Position numbers and translations under genes: made by a program. From positions 32,426,001 through 32,490,000 of the forward strand of contig OZ024755.1 of assembly GCA_964016885.1 (NCBI GenBank): a DNA stretch of 64,000 nucleotides. Direction: 5' to 3'. This DNA is from Eledone cirrhosa (lineage: Eukaryota). Positions 51,201-64,000 of the stretch are shown here, one piece after another (the first letter of the stretch is position 1; each line of letters begins with the position of its first letter). The notes beneath the pieces were generated by a model, which worked only from the letters and a program-made list of their open reading frames with translations, was not told the DNA's origin and searched no databases.

Positions 51201-51819
51201 TAGACATCCTTTTTATGTATCACATGTCCATACCAATGTAACCTCCTCTCCTGCACACAGCATTTTTTTACTCTTATGTCTAGTCTCTCTCAATTCATTT
51301 ATGCTTTGCTGTTCATATATATTACTATTGCACATCCTTTGGAGCATTTAAGCTTCATTTCTTTCTAATATACAAGAGGAGTTCTTTATTATAATTATAG
51401 ATAATGATATCAAAGAGAGTAGTGTTATTGAAATTTGTCAGTCCCAGATATTTTATTTAAAATGAATTTAAAACTTGCTTTAAATAAACAAACATTAATA
51501 GTGTGTGTGTGTGTTGTGGGGGGGTATGGATTTTTTTTTATCAGCTGAAATGTGGATTAAGAAAGAATGGCCAAAAATTATTCCTAAATATTCCTTCAAG
51601 AATATTTTAGAAAGGAGCCTAAACAGGACTTAATTTCATCCACTGTTCAAGCATCTTAAAATGACAATGGAAGATGATTTAAATCGTCAAAAGAATGAGT
51701 GATTTTTTTTTGTATTAACATGAAAGGACAAAAATAAGTTTCTAGTAACTGGGAAAATTTTAAATGTTATATTTTAACCCTTTAGACATCAACATGCCCC
51801 AAACCACCTCCACCAATTT

Positions 51820-52033
51820 TTAACCCTTTAGCATTTAAACCGGCCATATCTGGCTAGAATTCTCTCACCTCTTTCTGTTCAAACTGGCCATAACTGGCCA
51901 CTCATACTTATGTTAACATAGTATTCTCAAAATCTCATAGGTCCGATATTATGTAAGATAATTCTGTGAAATAAAGTGTTTACCATGAAAATATAATAGT
52001 AAATATAGAGTAATATAAATGCTAAAGGGTTAA
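51820..52033. mobile_element. piggyBac-like MITE (further copies about 52155-52374, 53557-53660, 57299-57385, 5930-6035)
   Basis: TTAA TSD and TIR CCCTTTAGCATTTA/TAAATGCTAAAGGG. Confidence 0.88.
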
Positions 52034-53094
52034 AGCATTCAAATTTAAATAAAAATCTTGCAACATAATTTTATATCAGAACTATTTGTCAAGTAGCATT
52101 TTAATAATGAAATAATTAATAATTTTAGCCAATCCTTTAAAATACAGCTTACTTCAACATTGAAACTGGCCATATCCGGGCAGAATTCTCTCATTTATTT
52201 CTGTTCAAACCAGCTGTAACCGGCCACTCATATTGATGTTAAGGTATTGTTCTCAAAATAAATAATATCAAAATCTCATACATTCGATATTATGTGCGAT
52301 AATTATGTGAGGTAAAGTTTTTACAGTGAAAATATAATAGTAAATATAGGGTAATGTAAATGCTAAAGGGTTAAATGTGTTAAAAATATATCTGCTTATT
52401 AATGTCCTAATACAAGATGCTGGTAGCTATTTTTGACAATCGGTTAATTAAATAGGATTTAGAATTGAAGTGAAAAATAGTTGATAGTTGTATGTCACAC
52501 AGAAATAATTTGTCATTAAAAAACATTAAAGTAATTTTCTTGCTTTTAAATACCACATCGTTAATTCACCCTCGTGACCATGGAATCACGTGTTTTAATG
52601 GATTATTATTGAAGACACATTTCTACAGGAATTTCATTCAAAGTCAATGATATTGAAAATTAACCTGAAGCAATTGCAAAATGGATTTCCCTTCTTAATG
52701 CATTGCATATACTAACGATGTCAAGGAAACAATTCTGAGAGAGGACAACTGAAAATTGTTTTAAAAAATGTGGAATTTTAAAAGGAAGCAGAGAAACTCT
52801 TGTTAATAATAAATTAGAGTTAATTATAACTGGAATGTTTGATAGAACCCCAAATAATATAAAAAAAGAATATGTTTGAAAATTGGTTGAATATTGATCT
52901 TACCAAATTGCACCTCTCAAAAGCGATGACACAGGACCGAGACCTCTGGTGTTACACAGTAATACAGAAGACCCGACTTCCCATGGGTACAAGCCAAAGC
53001 TGAAGCATATACACAGTATACCCCCCTCCCACTGTAATGTGATCGCGTAGATGTCATGACAAAAAAGCACCCTGTCCACATTGTAAAGTGGTCA

Positions 53095-53295
53095 TGCATC
53101 CCACGGACAAAACTTCAAATGTATTTCTGCGGACAACGGCCAGGGACACCTGCTGCAACATCCACCTCACCTCTTGGGGCTCCTTCCTCAGATGGGTTGC
53201 TGATGTTCCGATTTTATGGAGGAGCTCAGCTGTATGGGGTCTGAGGTTGCCTGAGGTCTTGACAACCAACAGTGCGAAGAAGAAACGCCTAGATA
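53095..53295 (-). pseudogene. CRE-like RLE non-LTR retrotransposon C-terminus
   Basis: VKTSGNLRPHTAELLHKIG...EPQEVRWMLQQVSLAVVRRNTFEVLS. Confidence 0.7.
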
Positions 53296-53859
53296 AGCCC
53301 TAGATTCAGTCTTCATATAAAATCTAGATAAATACAGTACAGTCACTTGATGCATAGAAAACACAGAAAGAGTGATAAATAAAATATACTAAATAAATAA
53401 TGATAAATATAATTGCTGGCCTTGTGCCAAAAGTTGAAACAATTATTATATAAAAAAATGTTAGTTTATATTTCCAAATTTGAATGTTACCTAATATATC
53501 AAGGTTTTTGGTATTTGATTAAACAGTGTGCGATAAAATTAAAAATAGCTTTATTCATAGCATTTAAACTGGTTATACCCAGCCAGAATTCTCTCACCTC
53601 TTTCTGTTTAGACCAGCTGTAACTGGCCACTCATACTGATGTTAAGATATTGTTCTCAAAATATATAATTGTTTCTACTTTTGGCACAAGGCCAGCAATT
53701 ATCTCAGTGTATTACTGGTACTTTATTTTATCGACCCCGTAAGGATGAAAGGCAAAGTTAACCTCAGCGGGATTTGAACTCAGACCATAAAGGGCCGTAA
53801 CTCCATGCTGCAAAGCATGGTGTTATGGCCATATAGAAGCCATTTCTATATTAAATATT

Positions 53860-54785
53860 GTAAACCCCTCTCTCTCTCCCCGCTCCACCAACACCCCCTG
53901 ACACACACATCCCACTAACACCTCCACTAATATACACACCAACCGCCCACACCACCACCTTCTCCCTCCACCTTTCACACCTACCCATCCCCTCCCCTGT
54001 CCACCGTACCTCTGCACACACAGACACACAGTCCACACCACATACAGACCCTTTCTTTACCTGTCATCCTCCTCTACTGCTATCTCTTCATCCTGACTTG
54101 ACCCTCTGACCACTTCCTGTTGCGCGCGCACCCCTCATGTCTCCACTTCCTCACTACCACACCAGGATTTCACACCACCGGTCATCGCTCCAGCTATCCA
54201 TCCTACCACAAGTGGAATCTCCAACATCTTGTCTCACAACTCCATGGAAATACCTTAGGAACATACACACGAACAAACACTTACTTTATTTTCGAAGCAT
54301 GCAACCATACATCTAAACCACATATAAACACAAACACACACTCAGCCTCCGGACTCCACATGCCCCCTCTCCATCCACACGCGCACACACCCACACCGAT
54401 TTACACCCCACCCCATGTACACACCGGTTCCTTTTTTACCTGAACATGGAACCTCGTTCTTCCCCCCAACTCTCACATTACCATACACACACACATGGAC
54501 ACCTACACACACACACACCACCTTCAGCCCTCCCCACTCGGACCTCCCAACCCCCTACATGCCTCACACCCTTTCACCACTTGTTTATTTTATTTAAAAA
54601 AAATTTTTTTACTCTCTAAGGTAAATTTTTTCCTCCCTTTTCTCTTAATCTTTTTTAAAAATGCCTTTCCACCACTCACCCACACACCCTCGGAACTCTC
54701 TTCCTACCCACTTTTTTCCTGATGAAGGGCTTATGCCCGAAACGTCGTCCCCCCCACTCCCCACTCTCAAGCGTGAAACTAATAA
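53860..54785 (+). mobile_element. Penelope-like element 3' region with pLTR
   Basis: C-rich decayed region, possible GIY-YIG tail remnant near 54250-54330; HHR core CTGATGA-AGGGC-TTAT-GCCC-GAAAC-GTC at 54719. Confidence 0.55.
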
Positions 54786-55315
54786 TAATTGTTTCCACTT
54801 TAGGCACAAGGCCAGCAAATATCCCAGTACATTACTGGTACTTTATTTTATCGACCCCGTAAGGATGAAAGGCAAAGTTAACCTAGGCGGGATTTGAACT
54901 CAGAATGGCAAGGGCCGTAACTCAATGCATCAAAGCATGGCGTCCGACCCTCTACCGTTACTGCCAATCCACCGCCCTTGGCACATGGCTTAGTGGTTAG
55001 AGCATTGGGCTTACAATCGAAAGGTTGGGAGTTCAATTCTCAGACCGGGTGATGTGTTGTTTCCTTGAGCAAGACACTTTATTTCACATTGCTCCAGTAT
55101 ACTCAGCTGTAGAAATGAGATGATAGGGACTGGGGTCCCTATCATTCCACTGCAAAGTGGTCGTGGAGGTGCCACGGCAAAAAAAGCACCCAGCACTCAC
55201 TGTAAATGAGGTTGGTGTTAGGAAGGGCATCCAGCTGTAGCAATCAAGCCAGAATCATTTCCCGTCCCACCCTTGCAAGCAGGGAAAAGCAGACGTATGA
55301 TGATGATGATGATGA
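54783..55315. mobile_element. Head-to-head SINE-A (-) and SINE-B (+)
   Basis: SINE-A 54783-54978, SINE-B 54979-55315. Confidence 0.85.
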
Positions 55316-55989
55316 TATAGAGATAAATAGATAGATAGATATATGAAAGAAATAGTCAAGAACTGAAAACATACACAGAAAAAAAAAAAAAAAAGGATTA
55401 TCTTCAAATATATTCCATATTTTTTTTTTATTTGATTCTACTTTAAAATCTAACAAATATAAATTGCAGACATTTCTTAAATAAGTCATTATTTCCTCAA
55501 TTGCATAATTAGAAATTTCTGGATAGCATCAGAATTGGTATTTTAATAACATTTAAAGAATTTCTCTCTTTTTAGAATCACTTCATGCATGATAGAAAAA
55601 TATCTCATATCAGTTTTAATCCAAAGATAATTACTGTTGTAATGATTAAAATTTAAATGAGGTAACTGAATAAACGATTAACGCAACAATAACAACAACA
55701 TACTTATTAAAAAAAAATTGAATAGAAAAATGGAAAAAGAAAGAAATATATTTCCAGATTGTAAAAAGTCTCTGTGAAAATAATTTCATCTTAATATTGT
55801 CAATTAATCACAAACACAAGTATAATAATTTTTATTGATTTAATTTGTAATTTGCACACACACATCACATTAAAGCTAAACACATTTTATTACTATCACA
55901 CACATTCAACAGTGTAAACTACGCTATTTCCATTGGTTTCATATCAATGGAAAGCATATACAATTTCTGTTATACTTTTATCCTCCTCC

Positions 55990-57010
55990 TTCTCCTCATT
56001 TATCATCATCATCATCACTTCATCACTATCACCTCCATCATCCATCATCATCTTCATCAGCAACATCATCTTCATCATCATCATCACTTTCCTCATCATC
56101 ATCGCCACCATCACCTTCCTCATCACCACCACCATCTTTGTCATCCTCACCACCATCATCATCACCGCTGCCACCTTCATTGTCACCACCACCACCACCA
56201 CCATCTTTATCATCCTCACCATCATCATCACCACTGCCACCTTCATTGCCACCACCACCATCTTTGTCATCCTCACCATCATCATCATCACCACTGCCAC
56301 CTTCATTGTCACCACCATCACCACCACCACCATCTTTATCATCCTCACCATCATCATCATCACCACTGCCACCTTCATTGCCACCACCACCATCTTTGTC
56401 ATCCTCACCATCATCATCATCACCACTGCCACCTTCATTGTCACCACCATCACCACCACCACCATCTTTATCATCCTCACCATCATCATCATCACTGCCA
56501 CCTTCATTGCCACCACCACCACCACCATCATCACCACTGCCACCTTCATTGTCACCACCACCACCACCATCTTTATCATCCTCACCATCATCATCATCAC
56601 TGCCACCTTCATTGCCACCACCACCACCACCATCATCACCACTGCCACCTTCATTGTCACCACCACCACCACCATCTTTATCATCCTCACCATCATCATC
56701 ATCACTGCCACCTTCATTGTCACCACCACCACCACCACCATCTTTATCATCCTCACCATCATCACCACTGCCACCTTCATTGTCACCATCACCACCACCT
56801 TTGTCAATCTCACCATCATCATCATCACTGCCACCTTCATTGTCACCACCACCACCATCTTTATCATCCTCACTATCATCACCACTGCCACCTTCATTGT
56901 CACCATCACCACCACCACCACCATCACCATCATCACTGCCACCTTCATTGTCACCACCACCACCACCACCACCACCACCACCACTACCACCACCACCACC
57001 ACCATCACCC
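55990..57010. repeat. (CAY)n-based higher-order repeat
   Basis: Alternating ACTGCCACCTTCATTG and ATCTTTATCATCCTC modules separated by variable CAC/CAT runs. Confidence 0.95.
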
Positions 57011-57384
57011 TGATTACTTTTATTTACCTCATTCTCACTTGACATTGTAAGAAGTGTGATCTCACCCAAATATTTTGAAACAAAAATGAAGATAAGAGAA
57101 ATACATTGTGTTTTAGAAATACAGAGCTTCACCTAAGAGTTTGAGGCCTTTGTAAGGGCATTAGCAGATAAAATAAATTGTGAGTATTTTAGTTTAGGAT
57201 AAATACAGTGTATGTTGTAAGAAGTGACTAAAAGATTTGGGCACTAGGAAGGTTGACTGGCTATAAAATACGGCTTCAAAAATGACCTTATGATGACCAT
57301 TAACCCTTTAGCATTTAAACGGGCCAGAATTCTTTCACCTCTTTCTGTTCAAACCAGCCACAACTGGTTGCTCGTACTTATATT

Positions 57385-58045
57385 AATAATAATTGTTTCT
57401 ACTTTTGGCACAAGGCCAGCAATTACCCAGTGCATTACTGGTACTTTATTTTATCGACTCCGTAAGGATGAAAGGCAAAGTTGACCTCGGCGGGATTTGA
57501 ACTTAGAATGGAAAGGGCCGTAACTCTATGCGTCAAACCATGACGTCCGACCCTCCACCGATACTGCCAATCCACCGCCCTTATATTAATAATAATGGCA
57601 CAAGGCCAGCAATTTTGAGGGAGGGGAAAGTCAATTAAATCGACCCCCAGTGCGTGACTGGTACTTTATTTTATCGACCCCGTAAGGATGAAAGGCAAAG
57701 TTGACCTCGGTGGGATTTGAACTCAGAATGGAAAGGGCCGTAACTCTATGCGTCAAAGCATGATGTCCAACCCTCTACCGATACTGCCAATCCACCGCCC
57801 CCTAATAATAATAATAATAATTGTTTCTACTTTAGGCACAAGGCCAGCAATTACCCAGTGTATTACTGGTACTTTATTTTATCGACCCCGTAAGGATGAA
57901 AGGCAAAGTCAACCTTAATAATAATAATAATAATTGTTTCTACTTTTTGCACGAGGCCAGCAAATACCCAGTGCATTACTGGTACTTTATTTTATCGACC
58001 CCGTAAGGATGAAAGGCTAAGTCAACCTTAATAATAATAATAATA
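57385..58045 (-). mobile_element. Chain of four SINE-A copies (two full, two 3' halves)
   Basis: Family motifs separated by (AAT)n. Confidence 0.85.
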
Positions 58046-58089
58046 ATGAATGAAATATTGGCATTATAAGAGTGTTTAACTAATTTCAC

Positions 58090-58630
58090 TTCATCATCAT
58101 TGCCACCACTGCTACCACCACCACCACCACCATCATCATCATCATTGTCACCACTACCACAACCACCATCATCATTGTCACCACCACCAACACCACCATC
58201 ATCATTGTCATCACTACCACAACCACCACCATCAGCATCATTGCCACCACTATCACAACCACCACCACCATCATCATCATTGCCACCACTACCACCACCA
58301 TCATCATCATCATCATTACCACCACTACCACAACCACCACCACCATCATCATCATTGCCACCACTACCACAACCACCACCACCACCATCATCATCATTGC
58401 CACCACTACCACCACCATCATCATCATCATTACCACCACTACCACAACCACCACCACCATCATCATCATTGCCACCACTACCACAACCACAACCACCACC
58501 ATCATCATCATTGCTACCACTACCACCACCATCATCATCATTACCACCACTACCACAACCACCAACACCGCAACCACCATCATTGCCATCACTACTACCA
58601 CCACCACCACCATTATCATCATCACCACAA
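58090..58630. repeat. (CAY)n repeat with ~40-bp superstructure
   Basis: CATTGCCACCACTACCACAACC modules. Confidence 0.9.
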
Positions 58631-58689
58631 CAGTCAAGAGCTTTAGAGTAAAATATATATATATTGGATGGATGTGTAACAGTAATATA

Positions 58690-59305
58690 CGCGAACGACA
58701 AAGCATAAATGAATTGAGAGAGAGACTGAGCATAAGAGGAATCAAATGCTGTGTGCAGGAGAGGCGGTTGCGTTAGTATGGACATGTGATGCGTATGAAG
58801 GATGACAGCTGCATAAAAAGGTGCAGAGCACTAGAATTCGATGGAAACCGCGGAGTGGGGAGACCCAAGATGACCTGGGATGAGGTGATAAAAGCCGACC
58901 TTACCTAATTACACCTATCAAAGGCAATGACACACGACCGTGACCTCTGGCCTCATGCAGTAATACAGAGTACCCGACCTCCCATGGGTACAAGCTGAAG
59001 CATATAGACAATATGCCCCCACACCCCCCACTGCAAGGTGGTCGTGGAGGTGCCACGGCAAAAAAGCACCAAGCCCACACTGTAAAGTGGATGTGTAGGC
59101 GCCACGAAAAAGCACCCAGCACTCACTGTAAATGAGGTTGGTGTTAGGAAGGGCATCCAGCTGTAGAAATCAAGCCAAAATCAGTTCCTGTATGAGCAAG
59201 GCATGGTCAGCCGACCAGACACTGCCCACAACAGGACAACCCGTCTAACCCATGCTAGCATGAAAGAGACGGACGTAAAACGGTGATGATGATGATGATG
59301 ATGAT
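58690..59305 (+). mobile_element. RTE LINE 3' end
   Basis: ERRLR*YGHVMRMKDDSCIKRC...GRPKMTWDEVIKADL, 3' UTR, (GAT)n. Confidence 0.9.
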
Positions 59306-59541
59306 GATATATATATATATATATACAAATGTAGTTATGCATAGTTATGTAAAATAATGCAAATTACATTTTCTATCATGTCTTGAATAATTAACCACAA
59401 AATATAGCTTTAAACTTGCAGTATGAAATTATTCATCGAATTTAGTTGTTTGTTCATGCTGGGTGGGTTTGACCAATTCCATGTACATGCCTTTATTCCT
59501 TCATTTAGTCATGTTGTCAAATGTTACAGAATATCTTAGAT

Positions 59542-59712
59542 CAGGGTTTCCAAAAATTTTTCAAACACGGAACCCATTTTGGTTCAGAAACCTTTTGGGG
59601 GGAATCCCTAAGTCTAATACTGTTATATGGTAGTATAATATAAATATGCTCCTCTGCCTTTTTTCATGGAACCCTAGAGACTCCTTTGAGGAACCCACTT
59701 AAGTAACCATTG
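59542..59712. mobile_element. hAT-like MITE
   Basis: CAGGGTTTC...AACCATTG; 8-bp TSD TCTTAGAT/CCTTAGAT. Confidence 0.8.
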
Positions 59713-59741
59713 CCTTAGATAATTGTTTATCCTCATGTACA

Positions 59742-59895
59742 GTTATCATCCCCTGGGGAAACGCCTTCTCCATTCTGTCTGCCGGAGCTGTGGGGAGGCC
59801 AGCACGTGGGGGGGGGGGGGGCATTTGCTCACCATATGGAGAGATGGAGAGGGCGAGAGAGATGGAGGTGATGACAGTGGGAGTTTGGTTCTTCT
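59742..59895 (+). mobile_element. Single dispersed CRE-like 3' end (monomer of the 115-bp array)
   Basis: GGAAACGCCTTCTCCATTCTGTCT (GNAFSILS)...CATTTGCTCACCATA..GAGAGATGGAGAG matches the reverse complement of the array unit. Confidence 0.75.
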
Positions 59896-59969
59896 ACGTT
59901 CAGACCATATCCTTGTGGTTGTGTTCATTTAGCAGTTAATGAGTCTATTATTTTTATCTAAAGATATTT

Positions 59970-60148
59970 TTTCCAATTCCAACCCACCCATCCCCTCAAT
60001 CTATCTTATTTCTCATTCTTTCTTCTGATGAAGGACTAGCATCCAAAACGTTTAGACCCTCTTCCTGCTATATCAAGCGTTAATCTAATATATCCCTTCC
60101 ATATACTTTACCGATTGTGTTGTTATTTCTGTTTACCTTTTACATTTT

Positions 60149-60150
<2 letters not shown>
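59970..60150 (+). mobile_element. pLTR remnant with mutated HHR core
   Basis: CTGATGA-AGGA..TCC-AAAACG at 60025; tail shared with 34848-34915. Confidence 0.5.
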
Positions 60151-60203
<53 letters not shown>

Positions 60204-61009
60204 TTGTGTGTGTGTATATTTATATATTTACAGTTATCAATTTTACTGAGATTCTGTATCATGCTTTCATATCTAATCACCAGTATTTATAGCTTGATTC
60301 TTTTTCCATGAGGTTTATTTATTTGTGAGCAAAGTTTCAATGCTGGGGATTTTCAAACAAGAACTATAAATCATTTTTATCAAAGGTTAGCTTGGATTAT
60401 TAAAAGTAACATATCAAACTGAAACAGTTTAGATGCTAGAATGATATAATGTCACACTAGTGAATGAGAAATTTTGAAGCATCATTGTTTTCAGAAATTG
60501 CTCTGCTTTCCTGATTTATTTTTGATAGCCAACCTCCAATGACATCACCTTCCAATATCAATTTGGCAATTTGAAGTCAGTTCAGCAGGCTGAATAAGAG
60601 GAGGTAAAGATCTGACCTTTGGGAGATTGCTGCCAAAACAGAAAAAAAAAAGGGGAGGATTAAAAAGAAAGGTGTAAAAACTAACTATAACAATAAAACA
60701 ATAAGGAGAAAACAATAGCTAGTCTTTCAGGAGATACAGATTTTAATTCTAAAAATTAGTTGTTCGAGGAAATATCCCAAAATTGTCATGAAAAGCCATT
60801 AATTTATGTGTATTCAACTAATATCAAGCGGAACTCTCTCCCTACACTTCGCTTATATCAGTAATGTTGCTTTATCGTTCTCTACCCAACAAGCTTGTAT
60901 CATAATCAAATGTCATATTACATCTTTCCTTATCCAATTTGAACTGCTTCATTTTGAACATATCTTGGGAACACCAGGATTCTTTCAACATAATTCCACA
61001 GAGTTTAAA

Positions 61010-61691
61010 GCTCATCCATTATCAGATGCTACTTAACACCTGCTCTATTCTTCTTTCTTCACTTACTACTCTAAACTGTCAGTAAAGATAATTAAAGGTC
61101 TAGGTTAGTTTCTATTGATGGATGGACTTGGAGTACATTATCACAACTGTAGTTTAGTTTTTAGTATGCATTATTACATAAGGCAGTGACGGCGGTGGAT
61201 TGGCAGTATCGGTAGAGGGTCGGACGCCATGCTTTGACGCATAGAGTTGCGCCCCTTGCCATTCTGAGTTCAAATTGTGCCGAGGTTAACTTTGCCTTTC
61301 ATCCTTACGGGGTCGATAAAATAAAGTACCAGTAATGTACTGGGATAATTGCTCATCCATTATCAGATGCTACTTAACACCTGCTCTATTCTTCTTTCTT
61401 CACTTACTACTCTAAACTGTCAGTAAAGATAATTAAAGGTCTAGGTTAGTTTCTATTGATGGATGGACTTGGAGTACATTATCACAACTGTAGTTTAGTT
61501 TTTAGTATGCATTATTACATAAGGCAGTGACGGCGGTGGATTGGCAGTATCGGTAGAGGGTCGGACGCCATGCTTTGACGCATAGAGTTACGCCCCTTGC
61601 CATTCTGAGTTCAAAATGTGCCGAGGTTAACTTTGCCTTTCATCCTTACGGGGTCGATAAAATAAAGTACCAGTAATGTACTGGGATAATT
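61010..61691. repeat. 341-bp tandem duplication including a SINE-A
   Basis: 61010-61350 nearly identical to 61351-61691; GCT microhomology at the junction. Confidence 0.9.
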
Positions 61692-61987
61692 GCTGGCCTT
61701 GTGCCAAAAGTAGAAACAATTATTATATAAGGCAGTATCGGTAGGGGATCGGACGCCATGCTTTGCAGCATAGAGTTACGGCCCTTTACAGTCTGAGTTC
61801 AAATCCCGGCGAGGTAAATTTTGCCTTTCATCCTTACGGGGTCGATAAAATAAAGTACCAGTAATACACTGGGATAATTGCTGGCCTTGTGCCAAAAATA
61901 GAAACAATATCATAATATTCTTTCTATTACATTTTTCATGTGGTGAGAACTGTATGGTTAAAATAAGGCCCAATGTTTATTTGATAA

Positions 61988-62615
61988 TCTATATATATAA
62001 AACTGAGGATATCTGTGTGTGTGTGCCTGTGAGTTTGAATACCTAAAACTCGAGAAGTACCCAACCAATTTTTTTCAAACTTTACATGTGTATTACTTAT
62101 GTTACAAAGAGTGTTATGCACATACAAATTTGATTCCCTAGGGCCCGCATTAGGTGAAAAACTGCATTTTTTCAAGCTTTTTAAGGGGTTTTTTGAGGCG
62201 TTATGTCAGACCAATTTCCTTGAAATTGTAACTATGTATTAGTCAGTCTCTTCTTCATACCGTGAGCAAAGAAAATCCAACTTTTTTATGGTCTAGGGCC
62301 CGCATTAGGTGAAAAACTTCATTTTTTCAGCTTTTTAGGGCTTTTTTGAGGCGTTACGTCTAGCCGATTTTCCCGAAATTTCAAGGCATATTATACATAT
62401 TAAAAAAATTCATTTTCTTGATCCCCTAGGGCCCGCATTAGGTGAAAACCTGCATTTTTCCTACTTCATCGAGGAAAATCTTAAAGATTATCCAGCCATC
62501 AGAGTATTCGGTTTATTTTCTTTACATATTGTCCAGGCATGCAGTTTTTCCACGATTAGGTCTGTTGGCGGCCTGCATTCCAAAATACCTTATCCTGTGC
62601 AGCGCCGGGTACCAA
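61988..62615 (+). mobile_element. Non-autonomous Helitron-like element
   Basis: A|TCTATATATATAAAA 5' end, three internal CTAGGGCCCGCATTAGGTGAAAA repeats, GC-rich GCAGCGCCGGGTAC near the end; terminal CTAG not seen. Confidence 0.6.
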
Positions 62616-62869
62616 TATAATCTATGTGTACCAATATAATCTATCAACGATTCTATTCCGAAAACTGCAAAAGTTTCCACTTCTGTTATTAACAACATAA
62701 ATGAATGAGTTGCCTTGCAGAGCTTTCGCTTCTAGGTGCCAGAAAACCCTCCATAAAAATTAAACATAAATTAGTAAAATGCATTAGAGTAAGGGTGGGC
62801 AAACCTTTTGGATTGGGGTCCACATTGATTGGGTCATGAACACCAGAGGGCCACACCATTTATTGTTGG

Positions 62870-64000
62870 ATATAGTACAGTATAGTATAGTACAGTATAG
62901 TATAGTACAGTACATTATAGTACAGTATAGCATAGTACAGTATAGCATAGTATAGTACTAGATATTATTGGATATAGAGTGACAGTATAGTATAGCGCTA
63001 GATAGTATTGGATATAGTGTGACAGTATAGTATAGTACTAGATATTATTGGATATAGTGTGACAGTATAGTACTAGATATTATTGGATATAGAGTGACAG
63101 TATAGTACTAGATAGTATTGGATACAGTGTGACAGTATAGTATAGTACTAGATATTATTGGATATAGTGTGCCAGTATAGTATAGTACTAGATAGTATTG
63201 GATATAGTGTGACAGTATAGTATAGCGTTAGATAGTATTGGATATAGAGTGACAGTATAGTATAGTACTAGATATTATTGGATATAGTGTGACAGTATAG
63301 TACTAGATATTATTGGATATAGTGTGACAGTATAGTATAGTACTAGATAGTATTGGATATAGAGTGACAGTATAGTATAGTACTAGATATTATTGGATAT
63401 AGTGTGCCAGTATAGTATAGTACTAGATAGTATTGGATATAGTGTGACAGTATAGTATAGTACTAGATATTATTGGATATAGTGTGCCAGTATAGTATAG
63501 TACTAGATAGTATTGGATATAGTGTGCCAGTATAGTATAGTACTAGATAGTATTGGATATAGTGTGACAGTATAGTATAGTACTAGATAGTATTGGATAT
63601 AGTGTGCCAGTATAGTATAGTACTAGATAGTATTGGATATAGAGTGACAGTATAGTATAGTACTAGATATTATTGGATATAGTGTGACAGTATAGTATAG
63701 TACTAGATAGTATTGGATATAGTGTGACAGTATAGTATAGCGCTATTTAGTATTGGATATAGAGTGACAGTATAGTATAGTACTAGATATTATTGGATAT
63801 AGTGTGACAGTATAGTATAGTACTAGATAGTATTGGATATAGAGTGACAGTATAGTATAGTACTAGATAGTATTGGATATAGTGTGACAGTATAGTATAG
63901 TACTAGATAGTATTGGATATAGTGTGCCAGTATAGTATAGTACTAGATAGTATTGGATATAGTGTGACAGTATAGTATAGTACTAGATAGTATTGGATAT
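62870..64000. repeat. 40-bp minisatellite (with 35-bp variants), runs off the window
   Basis: CAGTATAGTATAGTACTAGATAGTATTGGATATAGTGTGA; preceded by a hAT-like terminus near 62790. Confidence 0.92.

Noticed and set aside
55933-57132. Poly-His/Cys or Gly/Asp-rich protein gene
   Set aside because: Open in five listed frames because of CAY composition; no unique domain or splice evidence

Overview
Eukaryotic, AT-rich, repeat-saturated DNA with no intact host coding exon that I can recognise. The repeat families suggest an invertebrate, probably an octopod cephalopod (inference). Content: two abundant tRNA-headed SINE families; RTE, CR1-like and CRE-like LINE remnants; piggyBac and hAT MITEs; a Helitron-like element; (TA)n and (CAY)n tracts; several minisatellites. 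Four things stand out. (1) About ten sequence-divergent type I hammerhead ribozyme (HHR) motifs plus several partial cores, mostly in short Penelope-like palindromic cassettes inside (TA)n tracts. (2) A 3.2-kb RTE-like LINE with an inverted 5' end, inserted into a SINE with a 10-bp TSD. (3) Tandem arrays built from retroelement ends, including about 33 x 115 bp from a CRE-like 3' end. (4) A candidate recursive splice site (AG|GTAAGT) on the minus strand at 46221/46222, suggesting the window lies inside a giant intron. All calls are by eye; boundaries are approximate.
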